Part shown: one piece after another, positions 1-13,945 of the stretch | How the letters are laid out: every line of letters starts with the position of its first letter | Numbering within the stretch: position 1 is the first letter of the stretch | Origin: Felis catus | Lineage: Eukaryota | Length of the DNA: 64,000 bases | Direction of reading: 5' to 3' | Assembly (NCBI RefSeq): GCF_018350175.1 | Contig: NC_058368.1 | Coordinates: forward strand, 117,740,001 to 117,804,000 | Notes under the pieces: model-generated | Databases searched by the model: none | Told to the model about the DNA's origin: nothing | The model's input: the letters and a program-made list of their open reading frames with translations, nothing else | Program-made: the position numbers and the translations under genes

Positions 1-214
1 TTGTCATTGCCAAGTAGTATTCCATTATATATATAGACCACATCTTCTTTATCCATTCATCAGTTGATGGACATTTAGGCTCTTTCCAGGAAGCTCTCTT
101 AAATTGTAAAGGTGTTATCCAGAGGGATGGCACATGAGACCAGTAATGTAAGTTAGGTTTTCAGATAAGCTATGACTACTACATAGAACAAAAATTTTGA
201 TAAAGAAGATAAAG

Positions 215-1660
215 CAAGAGTATTGCTAGAGGTTATTGCTAGAAAAGGGGGAATCCTCATACACTGTTGGGAGGATGTAAAATGGTGCAGCCACTATGGA
301 AAACAGTTGGATACTTCCCCCCCAAAATTGAACTTCTGTTGTGGAATTAAGAAACAAAACAAACAAGCAAAGGGAAAAAGAGAGAGAGAACCAAGAAACA
401 GACTCCAGAGAACAAACTGATAGCTACCAGAGGGGAGGTGAGAGGTGGGATGGGTGAAGTAGGTGATGGGGATTAAGGAAGGCACTTCTCCGGAGGAGCA
501 CCCGGTGATGTATGGAAGTGTTGAATCACTATATTGTACGCCTGAAACTAATATGACACTGTATGTTAACTATACTGGAATTAAAATAATTTTTGTTTTA
601 AGTTAACATGTGGGGCATCTGGGTGGCTCAGTCAGTTAAGCGGCCAACTCTTGATTTCGGCTCAGGTCATGATCTCATAGTTTGTGAGTTTGATCCCCTC
701 GTTGGTCTCTGCACTCACAGCCTGGAGCCTATTTTGATTCCTCCAGCTTCTTCTCTCTGTCCGCCCCCCCCCCCCCAAAATAAATACATGTTAAAAAAAT
801 TGAACACGTTGGGGTGCCTGGGCGGCTCAATAGGGTAAGCGTTTGACTATTGATTTTGACTCAGGTCATGATCTCATGGTTTGTGGGATCGGAGCTCTGT
901 GCCAGGTTCTGCGCTGACAGCATAGAGCATGCTTGGGATTCTCTCTCTCTCTCTCTCTCTCTCATTCTCATTCTCTCCCCCCTCTCCCCCCCGCCACTGC
1001 TCCCCTCCCACTTGCTCTCTCCCTATCTCTCAAAATAAATAAATTTTCTTAAAAAGTTAAAAATTGGGGCGCCTGAGTGGCTCAGTCGGTTAAGGGTCTG
1101 ACTTCAGCTCAAGTCATGATCTCACAGTTCGTGGGTTCGAGCCCCGTGTCGGGCTCTGTGCTGACAGTGAGAGCCTGGAGCCTGTGTCTCCCTCTCTCTC
1201 TGCCCCACCCCTGTTCACACTCTGTCTATGTCTCAAGAATAAATAAACATTGAAAAAAATTTTTTTAAAAAGTTAAAAATTGAACAGGTATTATCTTATG
1301 ACCCAGCAATTCCACTCCTAGCTATATACCCAAAAGAATTGAACACATGTATTCACACAAAAACCTATACACGAATGTTCATGGTAGGATTATTCATAAT
1401 AGCCCAAACTTCTTCCATTAATTGATGAATGGATAAACAAAGTATAGTATATCCATACAATAGAATATGACTCAGCAATAAAAGTGAATGGAGTTCTTTC
1501 TGATGTGTGAGACAACGTGAATGAAATTTGAAAATATGCTAAGTGAAAGGAGCCAGTCACAAAGACAGAAAGTAGATCAATGGTTGCCAGGGGGTGGGAT
1601 ATAGTGACTTGTACACTTTAAAAGGTGAATTTTTGGTATGTGAATTACATCTCAATTTAA
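215..1660 (+). mobile_element. Old L1 3' fragment interrupted by a carnivore L1 3' UTR (~335-590) and three SINEs
   Basis: gatgtaaaatggtgcagccactatggaaaacag... resumes at 1278 with tatgacccagcaattccactcctag; junction motif aaaattgaac repeated. Confidence 0.8.
612..1266 (+). mobile_element. Three tandem Can-SINEs (612-798, 811-1050, 1066-1266)
   Basis: Each has a ggggcgcctgggtggctcagtcggttaag-type head, CT-rich linker and AATAAA/A tail; third copy has TSD aaaaagttaaaaatt (1051-65 / 1267-81). Confidence 0.93.
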
Positions 1661-1788
1661 AAAAAAAATGTTTATTTATTTTTGAGAGAGCACAAGTGGG
1701 GGAGGGGCAAAGAGAGGGGGACAGAACCACGAGATCATGACCTGAGCCAAAGTCAGACACTCAATGGACTGAGCCATCCAGGTGCCCC
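1659..1788 (-). mobile_element. Can-SINE with internal deletion
   Basis: TSD atctcaattt on both sides; central portion missing. Confidence 0.85.
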
Positions 1789-2849
1789 ATCTCAATTTTT
1801 AAAGAAGGATTACTCTTCTCCTGGTCAGTCCCATCTTTATACTACCCAGAGTCCTTTTTCTGGTTTGACTCTAATTCTCTCCTAGCCATCCCTCTTCTAG
1901 TCCCCCATCCTGCCCCAAATCCTCCAGCGTGTTTAGAACCCTCGGAACATTTCCTGGTATGAATAGGAACTGGGGCCTCGCTTCTCTTTCAAAAGAGCTA
2001 TACTCTTTTGCTTGCACGGTTATTTTGTTCAGTAAAGGACCTGTCTTATCGACTCAAAGGGGATAGGCAGCAGGGGACTGAAACTAATTCACAATTTTGT
2101 TTAAATTTACTTGTCAAAGGCAGAAATATTCAATTTCATGCATAGTCCCAATTCCCTGCCCTGGGAGCAGATTCCCAGGAAGCAATTATGTAGAACAAAA
2201 TGTAATGGGTAATAGGGGGTGCCTGTGAATTATTCATAATCCCGTAATGATTTTAGCCCATTTTTTTAACATTACCTGATATTGGTGTTAGCTCTGGAAA
2301 GTTCCCAAAGTAAGCAGCACAGAGGCTTCCTTTAGTTATGCTTATATAACCATAAACCCTAGGACTTTCCCTAAACCATCTGAATAATGAAAATTAAAAG
2401 AGGACTTGGATCCCTTTTCCTCCCCAAGTCTATAAAGCAAAGGTAAATGCTGCCTTATAGACTTCATCTTACTCACCCATCAGTCCTCCTTACTATCTTC
2501 TCAGAGAGGTTGACATGGCATAATGCCCGGCCGAGTGCTTGGCTCCAAGAAAGCACACAATACTTACTTGGCTTGGATTATTGGAATAAATGAATGAATG
2601 GTGGAAAGAATGAGGTATCTGTAGTAAAGAGGACTTAGGCTAGGTAGTTTTGCTCTTTACCAGCTGTGTGATTTGGGCAAGTGCCTTGCTCTCGGTTTTG
2701 TTTTGTTTTGTTTAATCTGTAAGATGGAGAAAATGATACCTGCTTTGTGGGGTTATTACATAAGTGTTCAATAAGCAGTAGCTGTTATTTTAGTCTTTCT
2801 TTCTAGTAGCAGATTACCCCAAATCTGGTAACTGAGAGTCAGTCAAAGC

Positions 2850-2961
2850 TTTCTTAGGATCCAAAAGTTCCCAAACCTGATTAATCACTTTTTTAAATAT
2901 AAATTTCCAGATTCTACCTCTGGAGATGCTGACTTACTAGGAATTGGATGGGGGCCAAAGG

Positions 2962-3021
<60 letters not shown>

Positions 3022-3690
3022 TAATATAAAATCTAATACATATAATTATTTTATATATATTATGTTATACAATATATAATCTATAAAATCTATAATATAT
3101 CTCTATATATTATCTATAATCTATATCTATATCCACATATATATTTTTTAATCTATATATATGTTAAATTAAGGTAAAATTTACCTATGAGGAAATGCAC
3201 AGATCTTCAGAGTGTAATTGGGTGAATTTTGGCAAATGTGTAGGTACAGAGCATTTCCACAGCCCCAGAAAGTTAAATCAATCCCCATCCTGCCTAGATC
3301 GCCGCTGTTCTGATTTCTATCACCATAGATGAGTCATTCCTGTTCTTGAACGTCATATCCGTAGAATCATAATCATGCAGTATTCACTTTCTGTGTCTGT
3401 TTTTTTTCCACTTCTCATAAAGTTTTTGGGATTTATCCTTTTTTCTTGCTGAGTAGTATTCTACCCTATGGCTATACCTCAGTTTGTTTCTCTCTTTACC
3501 TACTGACGGGCCTTTTAGTGTTGTTTTCGGCTATTATGACTAAAGGTGCCACAAATATGTTTCATTTCTCATGGGTAAATACTAAGGAGTGGAGTTGCTG
3601 TATAATAGCATAGGGATAGTTGAATTTTATTTATAAAAGCCCTTCAAGTGATTCTGATGATCAGCCAGATTTGGGAATCCCTGAGGTAGT
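2850..3690. mobile_element. MER5-like element split by an AT-rich tract and an antisense L1 3' fragment (~3165-3625)
   Basis: MER5-like halves (ttccagattctacctctggagatgctgacttactagg; aagcccttcaagtgattctgatgatcagccagatttgggaatcc) flank L1-type sequence (gggtaaatactaaggagtggagttgctg). Confidence 0.55.
2966..3014. repeat. (TA)n microsatellite followed by AT-rich low complexity to ~3160
   Basis: Seen directly. Confidence 0.97.
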
Positions 3691-5857
3691 GGGGAAGGTC
3701 ACCCCTGACGACTGATGATTTGTTCACTTTTTCTTTCATTGTGCAAGTATCCTTTTTCACCAGAGAAGTGTTATCTCTTCTCCCTCTCTCACCTGAGGAG
3801 CCCAGCCCTCTTCTCTCTTGCTTGCCAGTGCCTTACCAGAGAAGAGAGTTCCAGCCGAGGATCCCCGTGAGTCTCTTGCATTATGTCATCCAAATAGTTC
3901 CAGGAAGCAGTGCCGGTGAAGGGAACTGGAGGAGGCTGCCGGCCAACAAGACTTGCTCTGACCTTGGGATTGCGTGCTTAGGATCAAAGGCCAACCTTCC
4001 CGTCATTTGAGTTAGCCGTTTCCACTTGGCCACAGCAGTCCCACCACCTAGCACAGGGGCAGGCCTGGGCTACTTGGGGACTGTGGCCTTCAGTAGGCCC
4101 TGTGGAAATCCAAGGGGAGAGCAATGGGCGGGGCTCTATAGATTCCTCAGCCTCCAGAAACTAAAATCACAGTTGGGTCCTGTTACCTGTGATGGGAAAG
4201 AAAAAGTTGTCAAAACATGACCATTTTGTTCCAAGGGTCATGCTGGCTGTTGGCTTAGGAATGACAAATTTTTTCCTTTCTGAAATTCCTTTTCCTTTTG
4301 AGGATTATTAGCATTTCACAATAAGGGTAAAGAGCATTCTCAAAGTTATGCTCCAATTCAGTGTTTCTCAAAGGTGGTTTATGTGTATGGTACTCAGGAA
4401 GGTTTCAGGGATTATACAGATGAGTATAATTAAAAATAAGTATTTGTCTTAGCACATGGTAAAAAAAATTAAAATAGCACATTAAATATGTGATATCGTG
4501 GATATATTGCTTATCATGAAGCCAAGTTAAAAAGGTAATTCAACATATTAATGTTGAATTCAGTGTATAATAGTATAGGTGATACACGGGTGTAGCAAAA
4601 AGGACAAAGGTACAGAGGAGAGGCCAAGATTTAGAAAACTGCCTCTGTCGAGCCATGCATTTGATGGATGAGAAACCAAAGGCCCCAAGATGCAAGCGAC
4701 TTGAGCAAAGTCACACCTTATCAGAACTAGGACCAGATCCCCAAACTTACCTGGTTTGTGGCCCAGTGCTCGTTCTATGAACTTAGTACTTCCCTTTTGT
4801 AAGAAGGGGAAAGGATCTCAGTGACTATGTAGCCTAGCCCCTATATTCAAAGTCAAATGCATTTGCAGAAACAGCCTGCAGTTTGATGAGACCACAAAGT
4901 CAGAAGGAGTCCACTAATAGGTCAGGCTCCAAGAAGTCTGAGATAATGAGAAGAACCTAGACTTATAAGGAATGAACATCAAGATATTTGTAACTCTCCT
5001 CGTGTGAAATCTTTGGGGGAGAATAGGACAGAAGCAGAATGGACAGTTGTTTTCCCTGTCTCTGGCTTCCATCCCTCCAGAACATTCAAACTGGTCTCTA
5101 AGACAAGGCTTGCTACATGAGTGCCCTACGTGGGCAGACTACCCCTGCGTAGGTTTTTTGAGGCCATAGAGAAAGAAAGCTCTGATTGTTCACAGAAATA
5201 GCTTCAGGCAGCGGGAAACATGTAAGGGCACGGCTTCCCAGATGACTGTCATCTTTGAATCTTCACAAATCCAGTAGGGAGATTCAGAGGCGGCAACTCT
5301 GTCAGAATTCTAGCATTTGCGGATCCCCACCCCAGTGAGAGTGAAAAAGGCAGGTACTGGGAATGCAAGCATGGAACTGCACTTTCTCAGCTGGAAAATA
5401 TAGCTGACATTGGGTGAGAGGGTCTGTGTTACCCTTTCTTTTCTCTGAATGGGATCTTGTGTCCCTTGCTGAGGCATCACTAACCTCTACAGTCTGGGAG
5501 CCATTCATTCTTCCTCTGTGTCACCCTCAGGATGTTGAGCCAGTGTATGACCTGCTGAGCCCATCCCTCAAAAGATATCTGAGGGATAAGCATGCAACCC
5601 CATCTAACATGAGAGGAGACGTGGTAAGATATACCACATGTAAGTTTTCCTAACCTTACACAAGCTCAGCACTGAGGGGGATAGCACATTATCCTGAGGC
5701 CAAACTAGGCTCTGTGAATGAACCCCTCCACCTTGACCTCCTGCCCTTGCTCTGGCCATTGGGAATAGGATCCCTAAGAATTTGCTGGTAGATAAGCCAA
5801 GCAAATAATGACTGTTGAAAACCTCTCCTGACTTCTGTAGGCTCAGAATGAAGGCTC

Positions 5858-6087
5858 CTCCTCTTCTTCGTCTTCTTCTTCTTCTTCTTCTTCTTCTTCT
5901 TCTTCTTCTTCTTCATTAGAGAGAGAGTGTGTAAACAGGGGGCGGGACAGAGAGAGAAGAGAGAACCTCAAGCAGGCTCCATGTCTAGCACAGAGCCTGA
6001 CTCAGGACTCGACCTCATGAACCCTGAGATCATGACCTGAGCCAACAAGAGTCAGACACTTAACCATCTGAGCCACCCAGGCACCTT
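5858..6087 (-). mobile_element. Can-SINE whose tail is a (GAA)n tract (5863-5914)
   Basis: SINE body plus TSD agaatgaagg(c/t)tc at 5845 and 6088. Confidence 0.9.
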
Positions 6088-6769
6088 AGAATGAAGGTTC
6101 TTTTATTTAGCAAAGCACCTTCATGTGTTTCTAGGAGACACCAGGGTCAGTTCAGGAATCTGACTTGAGTGGAGGTAGATAGCTGAATACCTCTGTGTTA
6201 GAAAGTAATAAGGAATTTCACGGTTCCTGCTGGGAGTTCCAAGAGAAAGGTCAAAGAGGAAGGGAAATCATGTGATTTCCTCATAGTAAGCACTAAGGAT
6301 AGAAGGCACTGAGAATTGTTTCAATGTGTGGTGCATATGTTGGTCTTCTTCTGAGCTATGGAGTGTTTCCCATCTGTTACCCCCTAGGCCTTCAGTCAAA
6401 CCTGCTGTACACAACAACCAGAGTTAGTGGTGACTTTGGGTCCTGCATGGGTTTGGTGGGACTACACATGAGGGTAACAAAGATAAGATGGGCAGAGAAG
6501 TCCCCGGAGCAGAGTGTGACCTTGAGTTGAGACTGAACCAGGTCATAGGGGCAAAGTTACCTCTCAGGAACAGAACTGAGACCATACAAATAAGAAACCA
6601 GGAGTGTGGGGAGGGGGTGGAGGGGCACACACTTTGATGGGTCTCCCTCTGTGAGGGTGGTCTGGACCCTGGTACTGTCTGCCTTTCCCAACTACAAAGA
6701 ACTCAGGAGCCTCCTTGTTAGTACTCTGATCCCATCCCTGGCCTTGGTTAGTCAGGCTGGGAACTTCTG

Positions 6770-7075
6770 ATCCAGGCCAACAAGTGGCCTGGAGTTACAG
6801 TCTTATGGTCTTGAAATGGGAGAATGCTTAAGTTCAGGCTGTCTTCCATGACTGCGGCTGGGAAAAGTAAAGCTCACAGGATCTGTCAGCAGCCATGCTG
6901 CCTGTCTTGTGGGAAAAGCCACTGCAAAGAGAAGGAAGGAAGCTGACTGCCGGAGAGAGGGAAAAGATGGTGATAGAGTCCTGATGACTTTGGGGCCTCA
7001 GACTCCCAGTTGCATCATTGCCTAAATAAAAATCCTTTTCCCTAAGTTTAGTCTCTGCCACTTGCATCCAGAAAT
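6770..7075 (+). mobile_element. Old MaLR LTR fragment (MLT1-type)
   Basis: 3' LTR-like end taaataaaaatccttttccctaagtttagtctctgccacttgcatccagaaa. Confidence 0.45.
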
Positions 7076-9099
7076 GCCCCCTGGGCACCAAGCACCACTT
7101 CCTCCCCCCTGCTTCCTCAGGTGCGCCCCTCCCTCTGGAAGTGAGAAGCTTAGATGAGGACAGAGGAAAATGTCCATCCCGGGATCAGAGCTCCTCAGCC
7201 CCTTTCTATTTTCACTACATTTCCCACTCCCCAAGTCATGTTTGTTTACCTCTTTACTTTTATCACCCCTTTCCCCTAGGAAGACGTGAAGTTCCATGCT
7301 GAGTTGTTTAACATGGTATCCCCAGTGCCTGAAACATAGTAGGTGCTCGTGAGTCATTGAACAAAGAAATCTGGGCTTAAAATCAGGCCACCATAGACCT
7401 CCTACCAGGTCACAATTGCAGCAGAGCTTGGTGCTAGACACTGAGTCCCGGATGTTTGAAATTTGTGTGTCCAAGTTATCTGCCCATCAGGTGCACAAGT
7501 ATGCTGGAGGCAAGGCTGGGCACACAATTGGTGCTTCATAAACCACAGATAAAGAGCCAGCAGCCGAGCATGACAAAGGGCTGCGGGGAGGAGAAGTTCA
7601 ATGCAGATTACAAAGGTTTCATCAGGAGCAGGGAATTGAAAGGCAGCTGTAATTAGAAAGCGTAGGCATTCAAAACTGCCTGGAGGTCAGAAGGGCTGGA
7701 CTGGCAGGCTGGGAGCCTGGGCAGGAAATGGACACGGAGGCACCGCAGTTCTGGACTGACATAATTGGACAGAGACCAGCAGCCAGTTGCCATGGTAGCA
7801 GCCAATCCACGGAGCGCTTCCGTGGCAAGGAGTCAAGGTTTCTAAAGAAGGGGCTGAAAAAGCTGCCTTTGTTCCCACTCTGAGCTACTTGCTGTCAGAT
7901 CCCTGCGGGGGTGATGTGGCGTGGGGCCAGAGCCAACAACTGCTGGCCATGGTGGCCGGGAGGGGGCCACGTGAGGACTAACGGGGCTGGCTGGAGTTGG
8001 GGACGCAAAATGTGTCACTCCATGTTGCTGATTTTGCCTCCCGATGCAGAGCGGTGGCCAATGGCTTGGGTTTCAGAGTCTGAGAGTGCAGTGTGCAGAT
8101 GGTGGCTTGGCCTCTCGGCCACTGTGTGACTCCAGGACAGATCAGGCCTCAGTTTCCTTGCATGTAAACAGGGACTATAATGCCTTTCTTTCAGGGTGGA
8201 TGTAAGGATTGAGAGAGGTAGGCACGCCCCATACTCACTCAGAGAGTGGTCATTATTTTGACGAATGTTACAAACTGCTTCATGGCAGCTTGCTCAAAGG
8301 GCTGGTAGCTTCTGGGGATTAAAAAGCCAGTTTGCCTTCTTCAGGGGGACCGAAAAGACAGCCAACAGAGACTCGAAAACTCCAGGAGATGACCGTTCAG
8401 ACTAACAAAGTTGTATTTAAAAAGAAAACATACTTGAGACTGTTTTGAGAGTTATGTGCCATCAGAGAATCCTTCTTCTTTGTTCTTCTGGCCAATTTGT
8501 GGGCCTGGACAGGATACAGAGATGAGGCCTTCCTTCCACAGCGGGAGAGAGAAAACAGAGGAGAGGACTGTGAAGGGAGAGCTTCCTCTGATGTTCCCAT
8601 GAGGTAGGGCTGGAGGGGCCAAGGAGAGTGCTTTGCTTAGACCAGGTCAGGCCAGAGGCAGACAGAGCAAGGGCACAACTCTGGACTGAGCCCCCCTTTT
8701 CCTCGCCCTCACAGAAGTGCTGGGAGATGCACACATCCCTGTTGGACTCTGGTGCAGTCCTTTGTTGCTATGGCAACTCAGTGGGCTCTCTGGTGGGTGG
8801 AAGAAGGGCCGCGCTGCATGGAAATCAGCAGTGGAGGCAGCAACCCTGCCCTTTGGCTGTGCCAATCAAGGCACTGGTGAGTGGTGGGGAGACATTCCCT
8901 CTCCCGTCTCAGGAGGCCATGGGAGGCCCTGGGACTTCGGGACCTCACTCCTGGCTCCAACCTACGCCTGTCTCACTGTGAGGCTCCAGGCTCCAGTATG
9001 GAGAGATAGCTCCCACGGGACCCTCCTTTGGCGTGTGTCTTCCAATGACACATTCCTCTGGAGATTTCCTCTTCATTTTCTTTGTAAATGTAGTCGTTT

Positions 9100-9900
9100 G
9101 TCTGTTCACCCATTAGATACCGTGTGGTTACCGTGCACCCCACGGGGTGCAGGGCAGTGAACAAGACAACGTGCCTGCCTCCGCGGAGCCCCCTGTTTTG
9201 TGGGGAGCAGACAGTAAACACATCCACAAGAAGAGACCTGGAAGGTGATACACAGGGTGGTTTGAGCCAGAGAAATTGGAGGGGTGGGCTGATTAGAGTG
9301 GGTGGTCAGGGGAGGCCTCTCTGCCCTGCCGTTGGCAAGCTGAGTGGGTCCCACCACGGCAGCTGTGGCCGTGAGGTGTGCTCCAGGAAGGAGATGGTGC
9401 AAAGGCCCAGAGCGGGTGGCATGGTGGTTAGAGGAGGAGAAGGGGGGTGAGTTGTAAGGGCTCCAGAAGACGGAGCTGGAGAAGCAGTAGGAGGGGATTG
9501 GCCAGAGTCTTGCCAGCTTTGCCGTGGAGTTGGATTTCACTCTGAAGGCCACAGGAAGCACTGATGGGTTTTAATCAGGACAGGGAAATGGTCTGGTTTA
9601 TGTTTTCGAATGCCTCTGCTAGCCTGGCGGACGATGGACTGCCGCAGTGGTGGGAGTGGGGGTGGGGGAGCCCACGGTGTCCTGGCTCAGAGTACTGGAG
9701 CTGTAGAATCTGCATGTAACCCCCGCTGGGTTTGGTGGGAGCATAAGGGTGGGGGTAAGGGAAGAGTGAACTCAAGGGTGACTCCCAGATGTCTGCCTTG
9801 AACCTCTGGGTGGAGGAGGGATGATGGCAGAGAGTGAAGGGGAGGGACTGCATTGAATCTCGGTTCTGTGGCCTGGATAAAGCACACTTAAGTTGCCCAA
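9100..9900 (-). mobile_element. L2 LINE fragment
   Basis: gcagtgaacaagaca..., ggagttggatttcactctgaaggccacaggaagcactgatgggttttaatcagg, gtgactcccagatgtctg. Confidence 0.75.
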
Positions 9901-10077
9901 GACCTCTTTTCATGCTGGCCATGAACCTCCAAGAACTCATGCATTGCATAAGCAATAGTTGTAAGGAGTAAAGCTGAAAGGGAGCTTTTCTACAACCCAC
10001 TAATGGAGAAGAAAACACTTCTTTTCAAAACCTCCTGCTGGTAAAAATAAAATCTTAAAAAAAAAAAAAAAAGCAGA

Positions 10078-10198
10078 GGGGGGTGGCTCCTGGCTGGCTC
10101 AGTCGGTAGAGTGTGCAACTTTTGATCTCAGGGTTATAAGTTTGAGCCCCACGTTGGCTGTAGAGATTACTTAAAAATAAAATATTAAAAAGAAAAAA
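10078..10198 (+). mobile_element. Short-form tRNA-derived carnivore SINE
   Basis: ctggctggctcagtcggtagag...cttttgatctcaggg...agagattacttaaaaataaaat; related minus-strand copies at ~26397-26510, 43395-43515, 45780-45878, 46305-46388, 47560-47663, 55385-55497, 57900-58012, 61860-61955. Confidence 0.85.
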
Positions 10199-11383
10199 CA
10201 GCCACACAACACCTGCTGGATGTCATAGTTTGGTGGTAGAACTCACTTAGGCCAGTAACTACTCTTTCAAGAGGGAAACACCTTGATGGGTCATTTCCCA
10301 GTGTGAGAGGTGATAGCCTCATGGATATGATATGAGCTAATGTACCAGATGCTGTGCTGATGGCTTTAAATACATTCTAATATAGCTTCTGTTACATAAT
10401 AAGCAACTGGAGCTGAGAGAGGCTATGTAACTTATGGAAGGTCACACTGGAAGCAAGTAGCAGAGTTACGGTTAACCATGCTGTAAAATTTCCATGCCAG
10501 GTAAGAATAAAGCAATAGGAATTGAGCAGCTATTCCTTGGCCAATGAAATTTAAAAGATGGCAGAGGGCCCTTGTGAGAGAGGAGATAACCTGGCAAGTT
10601 GTAGGGGCCTGAGAAGTTCAGCCAGTGGCTCCTCCCCAAGGTACAGTGGTCAAGGAGTTTTCCAGAAGAACGATGCCTGGTATTTGTTGTAATGTGTTTC
10701 CTGTTCACTATTGTGTTGTGACCCCTCTCCTTTACCAGCAAACCTTAGTGAAATTGTTGGTGTTGGGATGATAAAGAAGGAAGAGTTGCAATAATGAGCA
10801 TGGGGGGAGAGGCAAGAATAGAGAAGCCCCTAGTGGATTCAAGAGTAGGACAGGGACAGAAAGTGACCAGGAAAACATAAGTGACCTTGGAATCTTCAGA
10901 AATCCTGGGAAGGGAGCTGCCTTCCCATATGCTGTGAAAGAAGCCAGTTGATGTGGATATTGAAAAATTAGTAACAACCTAAATGCTCATCAAAGGGAAG
11001 ATCCTTACATCAACTACGATACATCCATACAATAGAATCGTAATGTGGTGGTTACAAAGGACAAAGTACACACTCCATACTCCGAAGTAGAAATAGGGCC
11101 AAGACAAAATGTTAAATGAGAAAAGCAACTTGTACGGTGTAAAGAATATGATTCCCACGTAGGAAAACACACCAAAACAATCTTCCCCACAGAGCAAAAG
11201 TCTTAAAACACCCAAGCTACGGTAGACCCTTCTGTGTAGACAGTGAACATGTGTTTGGGGAGTCAAAGGGGCTGGCTTTTTTACTTCAACTGAATTGTTC
11301 AAACGTTTTTTTCCACAGAAATATATTTGTGCATTTCCTGTGTATTAAAAATTATTTAAAATCTCTAAAAATAAGCCAGTGTC

Positions 11384-11617
11384 GGGGTGCCTGGGTGGCT
11401 CAGTCGGTTAAGCGGCTGACTTCGGCTCAGGTCATGATCTCACGGTCCATGGGTTCGAGGCCCGCATCGGGCTCTGTGCTGACAGCTCAGAACCTGGAGC
11501 CTGCTTCGGATTCTGTGTCTCCCTCTCTCTGACCCTCCCCTGTTCATGCTCTGTCTCTCCCTGTCTCAAAAATAAATAAAATGTTAAAAAAAAATTAAAA
11601 AAAAAAAAAAAAAGAAA
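11384..11617 (+). mobile_element. Can-SINE (felid type)
   Basis: Full body, long A tail, 17-bp TSD aaaaataagccagtgtc. Confidence 0.96.
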
Positions 11618-12164
11618 AAAAATAAGCCAGTGTCCCTGAGTGATGTGCAGAGGAGGGCTGGTGCTGATTGTCTGACCCCAAGTACTGCCCTGCTGGTCCC
11701 GGACAGCAACTGCCTTTCTCTAGATGATGAGCTCCAGGGTCAGTGAATATGAGTAAATATGGGCCCAACTCCCCAGCCCCAAGTCAGACAGTTTTGTTTT
11801 AGTGGGAACAAAATCCCTCAGGCCCAAGAAGAATCCCAAGGACACAGCCCAGTCACTGTTCATGACAGTCACATGTAATGAAACTGGGTCTCAGGATAAA
11901 TGGTTGAGTGAAAAAGCAAGGTAGGGGGAAAAAAGCAAGGCAAAGGACACTGGGAATATAATTCTACTATTTGAATGAAAATAAAAACTGTGAATATGCA
12001 GGCTAATGTATGCATGGACTATTATGCTTCTGAAGAGGGCTTCTGAAGAGGGCAACAGGGCAGCTGAAAGACAGGGATGAGAAGGAGGCTTTATTACAGG
12101 CATGTTTGTACCTTTGGAATTTTGAAATATTATGTATTGCCTAATTTATAGTAAGTGCTTTTTT

Positions 12165-12910
12165 TCTGAAAGTCTGTATCTTTTGACCCCCTTCACCCAT
12201 TTTGCCCAGCTTCCCACCTCCCACCTCTAGCAACCATCATTCTGTTTTGTCTATGAACTTACTGTTTTGTTTTGTCTAGATTCCATACATAAGTAAGAGC
12301 ATATGGTATTTGTCTTTCTTTGACTAATTTATTTCCCTTAGCCTAATGCCCTCAAGCTCCATCCATGCTGTTGCAAATGGCAAGATCTCATTCTTTCTTA
12401 TGGCTGAATACTATTCCATTGTGTGTACATATACAAACACATACGCACCCATTCTCTTTCTCTATCCATTCATCCATCCATAGATATAGGTTGTTTCCAT
12501 GTCTTGGCTATTGCAAATAATACTACAATGAAGAGGAGTCAGTGTTTTCATTTTCTTTTGATAAATACCCAGAACTGGAATTGCTGGATCATATAGTGGT
12601 TATTTTTCATTTTTTGAGGAACTCCCATACTGTTTTCTGTAGTGGCTGCACCAATTTTCATTTCTACCAACAGTGCCAAAGGTTCACTTTTTCTCACCTC
12701 CTTGCCAACACACTTTCTTTTTCTCATCTTTTTGATAGTAGCCATTCTGACAGGTGTGAGGTGATATCCCATTGTGGTTTTGATTTGTATTTCCCTGCTG
12801 ATGAGTGATGTTGAGCACCTCTCTTCATGGACCTGTTGGCCATCTGCATGTATTGTTTGGAAAATGTCTCTTCAGATCCTCTGCGCATTTCTTAATTCAA
12901 CTGCTTTTTT
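12165..12910 (-). mobile_element. L1 3' end fragment
   Basis: tggctgaatactattccattgtgtg; aaatacccagaactggaattgctggatcatat; tagccattctgacaggtgtgaggtgata; reverse translation resembles the ORF2 C-terminus ([13 protein letters not shown]). Confidence 0.92.
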
Positions 12911-13720
12911 GCAGCCCTCTTGACTTAGGACCTAGGGGCCAGCCAGTGCTAGGAAAATACTGACACACAGGCTACTGTGTTAGGTATTGACTCCGTTTCT
13001 CCTAATGCACCTCAGAATGCCCATTCAGTGATCCAGAAATCATCTTGATGCTGTGATAGAGCACCTCTGCAGATATATGCCCTTTCCTTTCCTTTCAGGG
13101 CTTTTAAGATAATAAGACGCTAATTTATTTTTATTTTACACTGTAGTTGGTTCATACCACAGAATTGACGTTTCCAAAACATAGCTGAGAAAGCATCCTG
13201 TTTTTGCTTGCCCAGGAGACATATTATATACCCAGCTGCTCCAGTTCCTTTGTGGAATGAGTCAGGACCTAAATAAATATACTTTGCTGTGTATCCTAGG
13301 GAGCCTATAGTACTTTCGTGTCCCAGTTTAAATATCGTAAACCACCCTCCTTTTTGAGAGTGCATGTGCACACTGCAACACATGCACACACACACGCTTT
13401 GTCATAATGAAATGGTCTTTCCATGAGGAACTAAGGACAATGGGAAGCTGCTGGAGGGTTTTAGACAGAGGCATGACCGGATCTGCATTATTCAAAGATG
13501 GCTTCCTGCGGTGTGGGAAGTTGAAGGGAACATGGTGAGGCCAGAGCCCAAGAGGGGAGAAGAGGTGGGGAGGGAGGCTGCCACAGTAGTCCAGGCTACA
13601 AGTGATGAGGTGGTGGGGTGAGCTTGGGGAGATGAGAAAAGCGCTGTATAATTTGTAAAGTGGCTTACATGGGGGACCCACTGTGACCACCCTACGTCAG
13701 CCCTTTGTGGCCTGAGGAGA

Positions 13721-13945
13721 GGGGTGCCGGGGTGGCTAAGTCAGTGAAGCGTCTGACTTTGGCTCAAGTCATGATCTCAAGGTCCATGAGTTTGAGCCCC
13801 CCCTGGGGCTTCTGTGCTGACAGTACTGAGCCTGCTTGGCATTCTCTCTATGCCTCGCTCTCTGCCCCTCCCCTACTTGTGCATGCACGCATGCGCACTC
13901 TCTCTCAAAATAAATAAGTAAACTTAAAAAAAAGAAAAGAAATAG
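13721..13945 (+). mobile_element. Can-SINE
   Basis: Head, CT linker, aataaataa tail; partial TSD ctgaggaga. Confidence 0.9.

Noticed and set aside
10078..10170. tRNA gene
   Set aside because: A/B-box-like head belongs to a tRNA-derived SINE with an A-rich tail; many degenerate copies in the window
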